Below are positions 10,096 to 19,848 of a stretch of DNA of 64,000 nucleotides, in pieces. The translations under genes were made by a program, and so were the position numbers. The DNA is from Amphiscolops sp. MND2022 (Eukaryota), in contig OZ076409.1 in the NCBI GenBank assembly GCA_964187785.1, positions 4,218,001 through 4,282,000 of the forward strand, written 5' to 3'. The notes below the pieces were generated by a model. That model was not told the origin of the DNA, searched no databases, and was given only the letters and a program-made list of their open reading frames with translations. Numbering within the stretch: position 1 is the stretch's first letter; every line of letters begins with the position of its first letter.

Positions 10096-13000
10096 ATGGA
10101 TTTCTTTCAAGGAAGCTCACCGCCAAATTTCATCTCTTTTTGTTTAGAGAATTATCCACCTGAAGATCAGACATTGCCTGCAGGTCCTTCTCAGACGCAA
10201 CCTCCCATGACCAGAGATGTTATTCCAGAAGTCCTTGCCTCGGCCAGTGCTTTTTATTCCCCACAAAGCGCCACTAGTGAGGTCGACGTTAATTCTTATG
10301 CTGACGCAATGGTACAGCACCTGGAATCCAAACAAGGAGCAGGCCAAGATAACCAAGCCACGGTCGGAGAAGAAGGAGAGTTAACGACCTCGGACGTTCT
10401 TGAAGGGCAGACGGACCAGGCGGTCCTGATACCTAGAGGAGCAAGCACCCCAATCCCCGTTGGAGGAACAGAAGAATCCCACTTGAGCCTGACAGCTTTG
10501 GAATCTGCGCTAGTAATCGCAACTTCTTCTGGTTCACAGTATCCTGAATTGTTGACAGCGGCAGAGGAAGTCCAGGGTGACCAATCTAGGACTGCTCCCC
10601 AATCCGAAGATGATAATACCTCTTCCGTGTATGAAGTGCCTGCCTTACCAGGTAATGAACCCAAAGTCCGTTTTTTAGCCGATCTGAGTGAAGGGGAGAA
10701 AACCTCAGAAGAAACCAGCAGTCTGGGAAAAACGGCATTGTATGGACACATCCCCGGCATTGATGAATCGGGAACTGAGGCGAGTGACGAGTCTGGACCG
10801 GTTACCCCACATCACCAGGACCCTATTGCTTCCACTTCCAGGGGACTAGATGACCAGTTGCCTGACTTGTCTGGGAGGTCACGAGCTATCCTCAAGACTT
10901 ATTTCTTGGAGGAGAAGGCCTTCAACCTTCCCCGAGGACACCCGACAGTAGCCTTCACTGAGCCGCAGATTTATCATTTGCTGCGGGTATTGACCGATGA
11001 GACTCTCAGAATGTCCCATACCAACATGGAGCAGATGATCCTAGATGCCGTTAGAGGTAGACCAACAGCGTTGCCATCACGGACTGATACCTTCCGTTCG
11101 AGAGCCCGAGCCGCGACTCCTTTCAGACAAGCTGAAAGTGATTCTAGCGATGCCGAAGCCGGGACGTTCACGTCTGGAGAATCGGACGACCAAGACACCC
11201 AACGTCATGCCGAGACAGGTGATTCGTCGTTTTCTGGTGGGAGTGACAGCGGAGGAGAAATGGCATTGATGTCAGCATCATATAAACCTGTCACAAGCCA
11301 CACTTGGGCCGAAACCGCTACTATGGTTGTAAGTGACGACCTAAGGGGCCAAGACACAGACCCTAGTAGTCAGGATGCTACCTTATCTGAAGTCAGGGAG
11401 CAGACCCTGAGTGGCAAGTCAAGGCGAAACACTCGAGCCAAGAAATCCCCAAAACCCAAACGACAGTCCCAACGGGGCGTGCCCATGCGCGAGGAGTTCT
11501 TCACCAAAATAGGGTGGACCAGATCCTTCATTTCCGGTCCCGCTGACCCTATTCATAACCCACATACGGTCTGGTGCCATATGTGTAAGAAGAACTTTTC
11601 AATTAAGTCCAAAGGTCCTCTTGAGATCCTCCGACACCACCGTACTGAAAAGCATCTGCGACGGGATCAGAGGTGTAGGTATGAGCACCTCAGGAGTGTC
11701 GACCCTGTGAGCGGGACGATTCAGCACCGAGTCAGAGGCCGTAATGGGAAAATCCTCAGTAAAATTGAGTTGGCGCGGGAACTGCCGAAGTTCATCCACA
11801 AAGAACTGATCGACATCGGGGAGCGTTTCCCGTTTTATGACGATTTCATCCGGGGCCGAACTACCACTTCAGTTACTCCCGAGTCGCGAGCCCGAACACA
11901 GCTGTGTCTGATTGGAGAGTACATCCCCAAACACGGCGACCTGTCAGTCCTCAGGAGAATGTGGGCGATGATCAGCTCATTCACCGATTATCAAGCTGCA
12001 CTCTGCGACTTTGACTGGGGGGAAGAGAGAGTGACTGTAAGTATTAGTGATAGCAGTAATAGAGACTTTAGGGCGTAAACCCAGGGGGTTTCTTCCTCCC
12101 ACGAACCGTGTTTTATTTTTCTGTGGTTTGTAGTTCAAGAGTGTATTTTTCAAGAGTGTTGTAGTATCTACATCTGTATACAAGTCCCCTCGTACGTGTA
12201 CTAATCTCGTTGTATTCCCGTCCAGTCTTAAGTGTCCTCCGATTGGCAATTCGAATCCGATTTCACATAGTGTTTCCCATTTCAGGCGATATTTCAACAT
12301 TTCTTCAATTGCGCCTTACAGAACATTGCTGAGCACGTAGCTTCGGAACAATGCTTTAGCCTGGAGTTCGAAGACAGTGGGACCAGCAGGTTCATGTCCC
12401 TGCGATTCTGGAAGGGTCGGGAACTCTGCAGAGTGACAGTGTGCAGAAGTGGACTACCGTCTTCGGACTTAGTGGGCGAACTGGGGTCCCTAGCCCGACT
12501 GTTCTCAGTGGTCTCTACCAAGGCAGATATAGTTGCCTGTTCGGGTTGTCCCGCTGAACTGCTCCGGACCATAGATGAAATGCCGACCACTACCAGGGCC
12601 GTGCAAAGCTGTTTTCGCTTCAGCCAGTTGGACCTGCCTCACCTGATGCATAAACTCAGCTACAGTGTTTTTGGCCATATTGATTTCTTTTCCGTGCTCA
12701 AAGGCCTCGTGATTTCCCTAGGCAGTTCTCTCCGCGAAGATTGGGTACAAAGGAGTCCTGAACTAGTTCGAGTTAGTGTCTTTCAATCATTTGGTGAAAT
12801 CTAAATAGGGAGGGGATCCGAGAATTGTACATCTGCGTAATATTTACCACCATACTTTCTCTTTTAGGCCATTTCCAGTTGCAGATTAGATCTCCAATCC
12901 CTCCCCACACTTTGCCAGGAACTCATAGATGAGTGGAAGTCGATCACGACTCACTTGACTTCTCGCGTTCCCCAGCCGCAAGGACAGGGGGTTAGGACAA

Positions 13001-14425
13001 GGGTGAGTTATGTGCCAAGTTCCCCCTTCAGCAAAATTGTAATCACCATAACCAGCTTGTCGAGCGTTGTAGGGTTGATAATAGGTGTCACTTCCTCCGT
13101 TTTTTGTTCCAGGTTCAAAGTTTCGAGTGGTCCCTCATTTGTGATGAGTTCTTCCTTGTCAAACTGGAGTTCTTTTACCACCTAATCAGCGATTGTACGT
13201 GTTCTACGGTGAATTTTAAGACTTTTCCTTTGGGGCCGGAACAGACCATTTTCTTGTTTCAGACACTTCCACTTTCGTCATCAACTTGCAGCGGCGGCGC
13301 GATTCCTCCTTTTACCTCTGTGGTGAGGTTTCCCGTTATATCTATAATTTGTGTTTCCGCTGTTACAACTCTGACACAATCCCCCTCGAGAATTCGTGGT
13401 TTCTCCTGCTAGGGTTCCAGATTACAGAGGGAACGTTCATGCCTGTGGAGGAGTTCCTAACCCGACTCCAAATGACAAACAAGGTGGCCCGAGCCTGTAA
13501 ATTGAAAGCAGAAGGCATCCATTCAGGGAAGAAAGTGGACAAGTCACTCGTCCAAAAGACCGCCTCAACAATGAAGGCTGAGTTCGTCCGAGATGGGCAA
13601 GCATACCTGCAGTACCTGATTGGCGAAGTCCTCCGACAAGCTGGGCTAAGCTCAAACATCGTTAAAGGGCTCGCTGCTTTTGACCCTTTCATTATGCTCA
13701 GAAGGCCTACAGAAGTGGCGCTCCGTCATTTTGACGTTCTCTACAGTACCTTCCTTCTCCGCTCATGGGTGACATCTTCCAATGAGTCTGCTTGTCGTGA
13801 CGAGTATGTTGGACTACTCGGCCACCTGCATGGCAATTATGCTCCTGATTTCGATATCACTCAACATTTCCGGGACTTAATCGATTTCCTCATGTCTCTC
13901 GAGTATATGCAGAACCGCGTTCATTTAGTGCATTTGTTCAAACTATGTTGTCTCTGTGCCACCTCCTGCAGTCCTGGTTACCCCATTGTCACTATGGGGA
14001 CACTTAACACAACAGGCTTCCAAAGTCGGTCCACTGACGTTGTTTTGCCTGCACAGAGCTATTTGTCCCGGGTACCAGAGTCCCTTGCTTATTGCGTTAC
14101 TGACCAGAAACTCAGTGATTTTTCGCTACTGGCTGCTTCCTTCGGGCGATCAGCTTTCTCACCAGAGTACGATCCATGGACCCACGTTGATGTCTTTGGG
14201 CGGGGTAAGATCTTCAAGTCTCTGGTTTCAACCTATCGCAGTGCCTCTTCTGATTCTGCTGAGCGGGTAAGAGGACTGGACAATCCAAATGTATCCATCA
14301 TGGGGGACGCGCCTGCTGTTCAGCCTCCCAGTGACACTAAACGAAGGCGTATGGAGAGAAGCTCATCAAGGTCGAGGGCCTCTTCTGTTACTCGGGAACT
14401 CACTCCTGGTTCTTCTAACCTTTAA
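10096..14425 (+). CDS. Spliced antisense accessory gene, hAT-transposase-derived (~1268 aa): exons 10096-12036, 12286-12771, 12868-13002, 13113-13194, 13263-14425; possible extra 5' mini-exon 9930-9945 spliced to 10148
   Basis: Four GT-AG introns (GTAAGT..TTTCAG, GTTAGT..TTTTAG, GTGAGT..TTCCAG, GTACGT..TTTCAG; phases 0,0,0,1) join the separate ORF-track pieces into one stop-free frame of 3807 nt. It has a CxxC-x17-H-x5-H zinc finger and hAT-like blocks (FSLEFEDS..MSLRFW, LIDEWKSI, DEFFLVKLEFF, LAAFDP, LVHLFKLCC). Confidence 0.85.
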
Positions 14426-14680
14426 GTGTACAAATGTATTTATGTACACTATTTCTGTAAACTTTGTTTATTTCTGTTATGATTTTTTCATTTCCATTTG
14501 TTTCTTTTGATTTCTTGATCCCATATTTATTCTCTCGCAAGGAATCCTTGGAATGCCCCATTATTTATTAAAAAACGCTTGAGGGGTTAAAAGATAAAAG
14601 AGATAGAAGAAAAGAACTCCTATTGTCGGGAAAATTCAATTCTTTAGTATCTAAAGTCTTCTGAGTAGTTTGGGGTAGGG

Positions 14681-17050
14681 TTAGGCCTGAGATTTCCCTC
14701 CTCTAGGGCTCAGACTTTCATTTCTAGCATCGCTTTCAGATATTTCGGGCACGATAATATCATCCCCCCTTTTTGGAGAATTCTGTGCGTCGTTTTCATT
14801 CGTCAAATTTCTTTCTGTGGGAATTTCATCATTTTTTGGTTTTTCATCCGTATTCGGCAAAGTTTTTTCTTGATTTTTCGGGTGAACGGCCGGATTCGGC
14901 CAATCAGATTTGTCATTGCTAGCCGCTTCACTGGCTTCTTTCCTTTTTGTGACGTCATGATTTAATCTTTCATTCCGGCTCCGCGCCGCGTGGTCAGCGT
15001 AACTTGTTTCGTCACTCGTGATTATGTAATCCGCTTCGTTCTCGGTTACGTCATTTGTATTCGTTTCTGCCGCATTCGGTTGCTCGCCATTCGGCATGCT
15101 GGTCGGAATAGTCTCGTTGCCTCGTGTAACTAGCTGCTCGCCAAAGTCGGTTTCCCACGTTATGACGTATAAATCATCTTGCGGAATGACAATTTCTTCG
15201 TCTGGCTGCAATTGTTGTTCTTGGAACTTGTCCTCAAGACGCTGATTAGGGACAAACTTTTTAAGGCGAATTCGATGTAATATTTGAGTCTTGTTTGTGT
15301 TGATTCGTCTCACGATATAATTTTCGTTAGGTAAAACTTTTTGGACTATAAATGGTCCAACCCACCGATAATCGCGGAATGGAATTTTTGATCCTTGATT
15401 GTCCGTTTTCGGCTGTAAGACAAAACAGTATTCGTTCTCCTTTAGTGGAGCGGCTTTTGCTTTGCGGTCGTAATATTCTTTGTACTTGATATACGACTGC
15501 ATAATGTTCTGCTTCGTTTTGTCAATCAGGATTTTTGTCCGGTTTTGGATTTCTTCAGCAAATTCGGTTGTGGGGTTAATTTGCTCGTTTGGATTATTTC
15601 CAAGCTTGTGATCCAAAATATTAAATGGAATTCTTCCATGAAATACTCTCGTTGGCTCACAACCGATTCTGGCGTGGTAAGTAGTATTATGATTCAGTAC
15701 TGCTAATGGCAAGTATTTGTGCCATTGTCGGCGATATTCTCCACATGCCATTTTGAGATTTGTTTTCAATGAGGCATGAGTTCGCTCCAATTTCCCAATT
15801 GTCTGCGGGTGTTTCGTCGTTGCACATTTGAGTGTGATGCTCAAAATCTGCGTAACCTCCGCAATAATTGTAGAAGTAAATGCAGTACCTTTATCAGTGA
15901 TAAGAGTCGTTGGTAAATATGAGTGTTTAGTAATGATGTCAATGAGCGCTTTTGCTACATTGATCGCTGATGCGTCCGTAAGGGGATATGCGAACAAATA
16001 TCGGGAAAATACGTCTATTGCTGTTAGGACATTTTCATACCCTCCACTTGGGGGGAGATTCGGTAAAAGGTCGATTTGCATGGCGTCTTCAGGTCCAAGG
16101 TCCCATTCGGGCAAGTTGAGCAGCTCAGGTGTCATCGTTGCGTTAGGGACTCTTTTGTCTCTGGCACATTGTTCGCACCCTTCTACCCACTTTTTGACGT
16201 GTTTAGCCATGCTAGGGTAGTAATACCTCTGTCGAATTTCCTGTAACATTTTTGAAATCCCAGGATGTTTATGTGCTGTCCCGTGGAGAGACTTAAGGAG
16301 TTCCTGAAGTAAATGTTGCGGGAGTAAAATTTGATGGTATTTAACATTCCCTGTTTCATCGAAATATTGCCTTGTCAGGATTTCGTCCTTTAGTACAATT
16401 CGTTCCAGATTGTTTGCGTAATGTCTATATCGGGCATCCTGATGCAGTAGATTTTCTGAATACTCTTCATGAAGCAGTTTTGCTTTCAATTGTTGTAGTA
16501 CCACATCTTTGGATTGTTCGATAATGATCTGGTTCGTTCTCTTCAATCGGACCTGTATGTCGGGGTGTTGCTTGACCAGACTTGTTGACAGAGTTTGTAT
16601 AGTAACAGTGGGCTCATCAGTTGCTGGATTTTTCCTGATTGCTTCTTTTCTTGCCCACAACTGTTCTTCTGTCTCATCTTCGTCATTGGTGTAGAAGATT
16701 TGTTCTTCTTGTGACACCCCTGCGGATTGGACATTGATTTCGATTGGTAGTGTTTGTACATCTTCACGAATTTTGATCACCAATTTGTCCTTCGGATCTG
16801 CTTCCAATCGGGACAAATAGTCGGCAGCTGTATTTTGTGCTCCCGGGATGTGCGCTATGACAAAATTGAACTGGATAACATAGTCACATGCGTTCCACAG
16901 TGCTGGGGGTATTATTTTCGTTTGGAAAAATCGTGTTACAGCTTTGTTGTCCGTAAGGATGATGACCGGTTTCGGCGCACCCCAGAAGATATGTCCAAAT
17001 TCTTTGAATGCAAAATAAATTGCAAGGAATTCCTTGGCATAAATTGACAT
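14681..17050 (-). CDS. pol: Pol, 3' part: RNase H C-terminus, integrase, GPY/F module and acidic tail (frameshifted from the 5' part)
   Basis: KEFLAIY..ILTDNK..ADYLSR (RH); H-x4-H..CEQC zinc-binding motif; QID, ITDKG, KLER (DDE); WVGPF. The native C-terminus probably continued in another frame as ..LRPNPTPNYSEDFRY* to ~14644. Confidence 0.95.
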   Translation of the reverse strand: MSIYAKEFLAIYFAFKEFGHIFWGAPKPVIILTDNKAVTRFFQTKIIPPALWNACDYVIQFNFVIAHIPGAQNTAADYLSRLEADPKDKLVIKIREDVQTLPIEINVQSAGVSQEEQIFYTNDEDETEEQLWARKEAIRKNPATDEPTVTIQTLSTSLVKQHPDIQVRLKRTNQIIIEQSKDVVLQQLKAKLLHEEYSENLLHQDARYRHYANNLERIVLKDEILTRQYFDETGNVKYHQILLPQHLLQELLKSLHGTAHKHPGISKMLQEIRQRYYYPSMAKHVKKWVEGCEQCARDKRVPNATMTPELLNLPEWDLGPEDAMQIDLLPNLPPSGGYENVLTAIDVFSRYLFAYPLTDASAINVAKALIDIITKHSYLPTTLITDKGTAFTSTIIAEVTQILSITLKCATTKHPQTIGKLERTHASLKTNLKMACGEYRRQWHKYLPLAVLNHNTTYHARIGCEPTRVFHGRIPFNILDHKLGNNPNEQINPTTEFAEEIQNRTKILIDKTKQNIMQSYIKYKEYYDRKAKAAPLKENEYCFVLQPKTDNQGSKIPFRDYRWVGPFIVQKVLPNENYIVRRINTNKTQILHRIRLKKFVPNQRLEDKFQEQQLQPDEEIVIPQDDLYVITWETDFGEQLVTRGNETIPTSMPNGEQPNAAETNTNDVTENEADYIITSDETSYADHAARSRNERLNHDVTKRKEASEAASNDKSDWPNPAVHPKNQEKTLPNTDEKPKNDEIPTERNLTNENDAQNSPKRGDDIIVPEISESDARNESLSPRGGKSQA

Positions 17051-19848
17051 CTTGATCTGTGCTGTGCTGGGGTGAAGGTTTTTGATCCATATGCGACCGG
17101 GGCATACGATTTTCTGAGTGATGTAAACTTCTGGCTTGGGTCGTCTTTGATTAGGACCGCGTACCCGGCTGCACCAAAACTTGCATCAGTCATTAGTGCT
17201 ATTTGCTTGTTGGGAATGGGTTGCTGTAGGGCCAAGTCGCAACATTTGTCTAGTGCTCTGTTGATTTCTTCGAATTGTTGGACTAATTTTTTCGATACTA
17301 GGACCTTTTCGTCACTTTTGAGCATTTTGTAGAATGGAGCAAGGCGTTCGGAGAGTCTTGGGACATAATTCCTGTAGTAGTTTAGGAATCCCAAATAGCG
17401 CTGTAAAGCCTTTTTCGACTTCGGGAATTTGGTCTTTTCCGGAAAGTTTTGCACATTCTGTTTCTGGGGTTTGACGCCTTGTGGGGTAATAGTCCGTCCG
17501 AGAAAATCAATTTCTTTTTCACCGAAGTGACATTTGTGCATTGTTAACTTAAGGCCTGCTTCCTGAATGCATTTGAACGTAGCTCTCAGGTTCGTCATGA
17601 GGTGATCAACATCATTGGCTGCGATGCCGATATCGTCCACATATTGGGCACACTGATCCGCTTTAATGACTTTGTCAAGGTATTCTCTCATGAAACTTGA
17701 GGATAGTGACCGACTAAGGCCTTGTGCCAATCGCCTGTAAGCGAATGTGCGACTGGCAAAATTGAAAGCCAACATTTCGATTGAGCGTTGGCCGGCCATT
17801 GGTAGGCAGTGGTATGCCTGCGAACAGTCTAATTTACAGAACAGTTTTTTGCCTGCCAAGTGTTGGGCAGCATCAACTAGAGTACTGACGGGGTGATTAT
17901 TGTTGATATAATCATCCGAGATGAGGTTGTTGATTTTTCTCAAGTCAACCAAGAGTCGGAGTTTCCCATTCGGTTTCTTTTGTGCGAATATTGGACTCGC
18001 ATATTTCGAAAATGGCAGTGTAGTTTTTATGCTATATTTGTGTAACATGGCTAATTCAACTAGGATGTCCTCCTTCAAGTTGATAGGAGCTGGAAGACTT
18101 TGACTATAGGCTGGGGAATCGCCCTTAGGCGTCAGTTTCACTTTGAATTCCTCGTTCATGCCTATATCAAATCGGTGTCGTGCAAAAATGTCATGGAATT
18201 CCACTAACAATTCCTCAATTTTCTCCTTTTCTTCAGGAGTAAGGGTGGAATTTTTCCAATCAAAGTTTTCTAAGAATTTTGCACGCGATTCTGCATCTGT
18301 AGTGGGGTCGAGTGTCTCCAGGTCCTGTAGGGCCTGTAACTCGCGTAGGATTCGTTTTTGTATAGGTGTGTGTTCCTCAGGATTTCCAGGATTTTCTGGA
18401 GTTGGGAACCAGTAATTTTCCGACTTTTGAGGATTTCTGTTTGTCTTGATCAGACTGCTGACAAAGTGGGCTGCCTGTTCTTGGTCGTTTTGCAAGAGGT
18501 GCCAGGTTGATGCCGGATCTACCGGTTTGACATATTTCATCTGCTCTGGCGTCATGACTGAGAAATTGGCAATGTGAAGTCCCTTTTTGAGTTTATAAGA
18601 ATGGTCTGTTAAATTGTTCACTGGTATCATTATGTTGCCATCATTCAGAGTGACCAAAGCTGGGCAAAATGTGATGTCGCCTTCTTTATGTAGAAGGTCG
18701 CTCGGTTGTAAAATTCCAGTGACAGCATTCTCAGAGTAGAGTAGGGAATTGGTCCTAATTAGGACTTTATCGTTTGGTGGAATAGTTATCTCAATAGGGT
18801 TGAGAATTGGTTCCAATACATTTGAATACTTATGGTCAGCTGTTTTGAGCTGCATCGAAAAGAACGGGAAGGTCAGTATCCCTTGTCTCATGTCCAGCAC
18901 TGTATGGTTTCTTTGAAGGAACATTAGTCCAATAATCGGACCTGTCAGATGTTCCATCACTATGAAGATTTCATGGAACTCAATGTCACCAACTTCGAAT
19001 TTGAGCTCTATGGTACTCTTAGGAGTTTCCAGTTGCCCATTAGCGACCATGATTTGGAAATTCGGAAGCGGACCTTCCCGGATAACGGATTGTGGAGATA
19101 AAAGTCGGATTTTCCGGAGGTCCATTTCAGGAATTGCACTGGACAGCGCTCCAGTGTCAATGAGTCCGTCAATGGTCAATTCCCCAAAGTCCATTAGGAA
19201 ATACAACATGCGTTTTTTGCATTTGAGGTTGATGTTGGTTGACAGGGGTACACAGTCTCGTTCACCGTCTCTGGTGATTAAGACTTTTTGGAACTGTTTC
19301 TCGTCTAGCAATGATTGTGGTATGGGTTCAACATTGCTGTCATGGGTCTCAGTCCCCAATGGGTTTGGGAACACTGGATGGTTTGTGCCATCATTCATTT
19401 GCCATTTTTCAATTAGCGCTCTTGTTTTCTTGTTATGGGTAATTGGAGGGTTCTGGTGGACTGTTCTATTATAGTGTTCAATATCGTCCAGGACATATTG
19501 AAATTGTAGTGAATCTTGGTTGTAAAGCTCGGTGTCCCAGTAGGGATCTCTGCCGTAGTCTGGATCGATGTATGTTGGATTGTAATCATCGATTAGGGGA
19601 ATGGGCCTGAAGCGGGTGGTGAAGGTAGTGGTGTAATCAGGGTCCCAAACAGGAATTGGTTTCTGGAATAAATGGGTGTTATTGTAGGTGATGATGGTAG
19701 CTTTTTCCATCTGTTGCTGCCAGACAACAGAGGGATAGCCCATCAATTGCTGATTGTATTGGTGGAAAGTTTGTGTTGGAGGGTCCGATCTGATGTACTG
19801 TCGGACAGAAATTATTTCGTTATATTGGAGTCGTGGCGAAGTTAGTTT
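16936..19848 (-). CDS. pol: Pol, 5' part: aspartic protease, reverse transcriptase and RNase H N-terminus
   Basis: LIDTGA (protease), LRLLVDLRKIN, LAQGL, YVDD (RT), TDAS (RH). The frame is open from the gag-terminal slippery site; frameshift lesion near 17055. Confidence 0.95.
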   Translation of the reverse strand, partial: KLTSPRLQYNEIISVRQYIRSDPPTQTFHQYNQQLMGYPSVVWQQQMEKATIITYNNTHLFQKPIPVWDPDYTTTFTTRFRPIPLIDDYNPTYIDPDYGRDPYWDTELYNQDSLQFQYVLDDIEHYNRTVHQNPPITHNKKTRALIEKWQMNDGTNHPVFPNPLGTETHDSNVEPIPQSLLDEKQFQKVLITRDGERDCVPLSTNINLKCKKRMLYFLMDFGELTIDGLIDTGALSSAIPEMDLRKIRLLSPQSVIREGPLPNFQIMVANGQLETPKSTIELKFEVGDIEFHEIFIVMEHLTGPIIGLMFLQRNHTVLDMRQGILTFPFFSMQLKTADHKYSNVLEPILNPIEITIPPNDKVLIRTNSLLYSENAVTGILQPSDLLHKEGDITFCPALVTLNDGNIMIPVNNLTDHSYKLKKGLHIANFSVMTPEQMKYVKPVDPASTWHLLQNDQEQAAHFVSSLIKTNRNPQKSENYWFPTPENPGNPEEHTPIQKRILRELQALQDLETLDPTTDAESRAKFLENFDWKNSTLTPEEKEKIEELLVEFHDIFARHRFDIGMNEEFKVKLTPKGDSPAYSQSLPAPINLKEDILVELAMLHKYSIKTTLPFSKYASPIFAQKKPNGKLRLLVDLRKINNLISDDYINNNHPVSTLVDAAQHLAGKKLFCKLDCSQAYHCLPMAGQRSIEMLAFNFASRTFAYRRLAQGLSRSLSSSFMREYLDKVIKADQCAQYVDDIGIAANDVDHLMTNLRATFKCIQEAGLKLTMHKCHFGEKEIDFLGRTITPQGVKPQKQNVQNFPEKTKFPKSKKALQRYLGFLNYYRNYVPRLSERLAPFYKMLKSDEKVLVSKKLVQQFEEINRALDKCCDLALQQPIPNKQIALMTDASFGAAGYAVLIKDDPSQKFTSLRKSYAPVAYGSKTFTPAQHRSRCQFMPRNSLQFILHSKNLDISSGVRRNRSSSLRTTKL

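Noticed and set aside
13323..13420. Additional intron (GTGAGG..CAG) in the last exon
   Set aside because: The frame is already open and the encoded YLCGEVSRYIYNLCFRC fits the hAT-like helix; no intron is needed.
9048..14640. Independent hAT DNA transposon nested in element 1
   Set aside because: No terminal inverted repeats or 8-bp TSD found by eye, catalytic motifs eroded, and the gene fits neatly between pol and the second accessory ORF. Not fully excluded without sister copies.
18560..18800. Functional dUTPase between protease and RT
   Set aside because: Only a beta-rich, dUTPase-like spacer common in Gypsy pol; the conserved dUTPase motifs are not recognisable.
15828..19474. Plus-strand ORFs opposite pol (e.g. 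15828-16220, 18962-19474)
   Set aside because: Antisense shadows of the pol frame with no independent motifs or splice structure.
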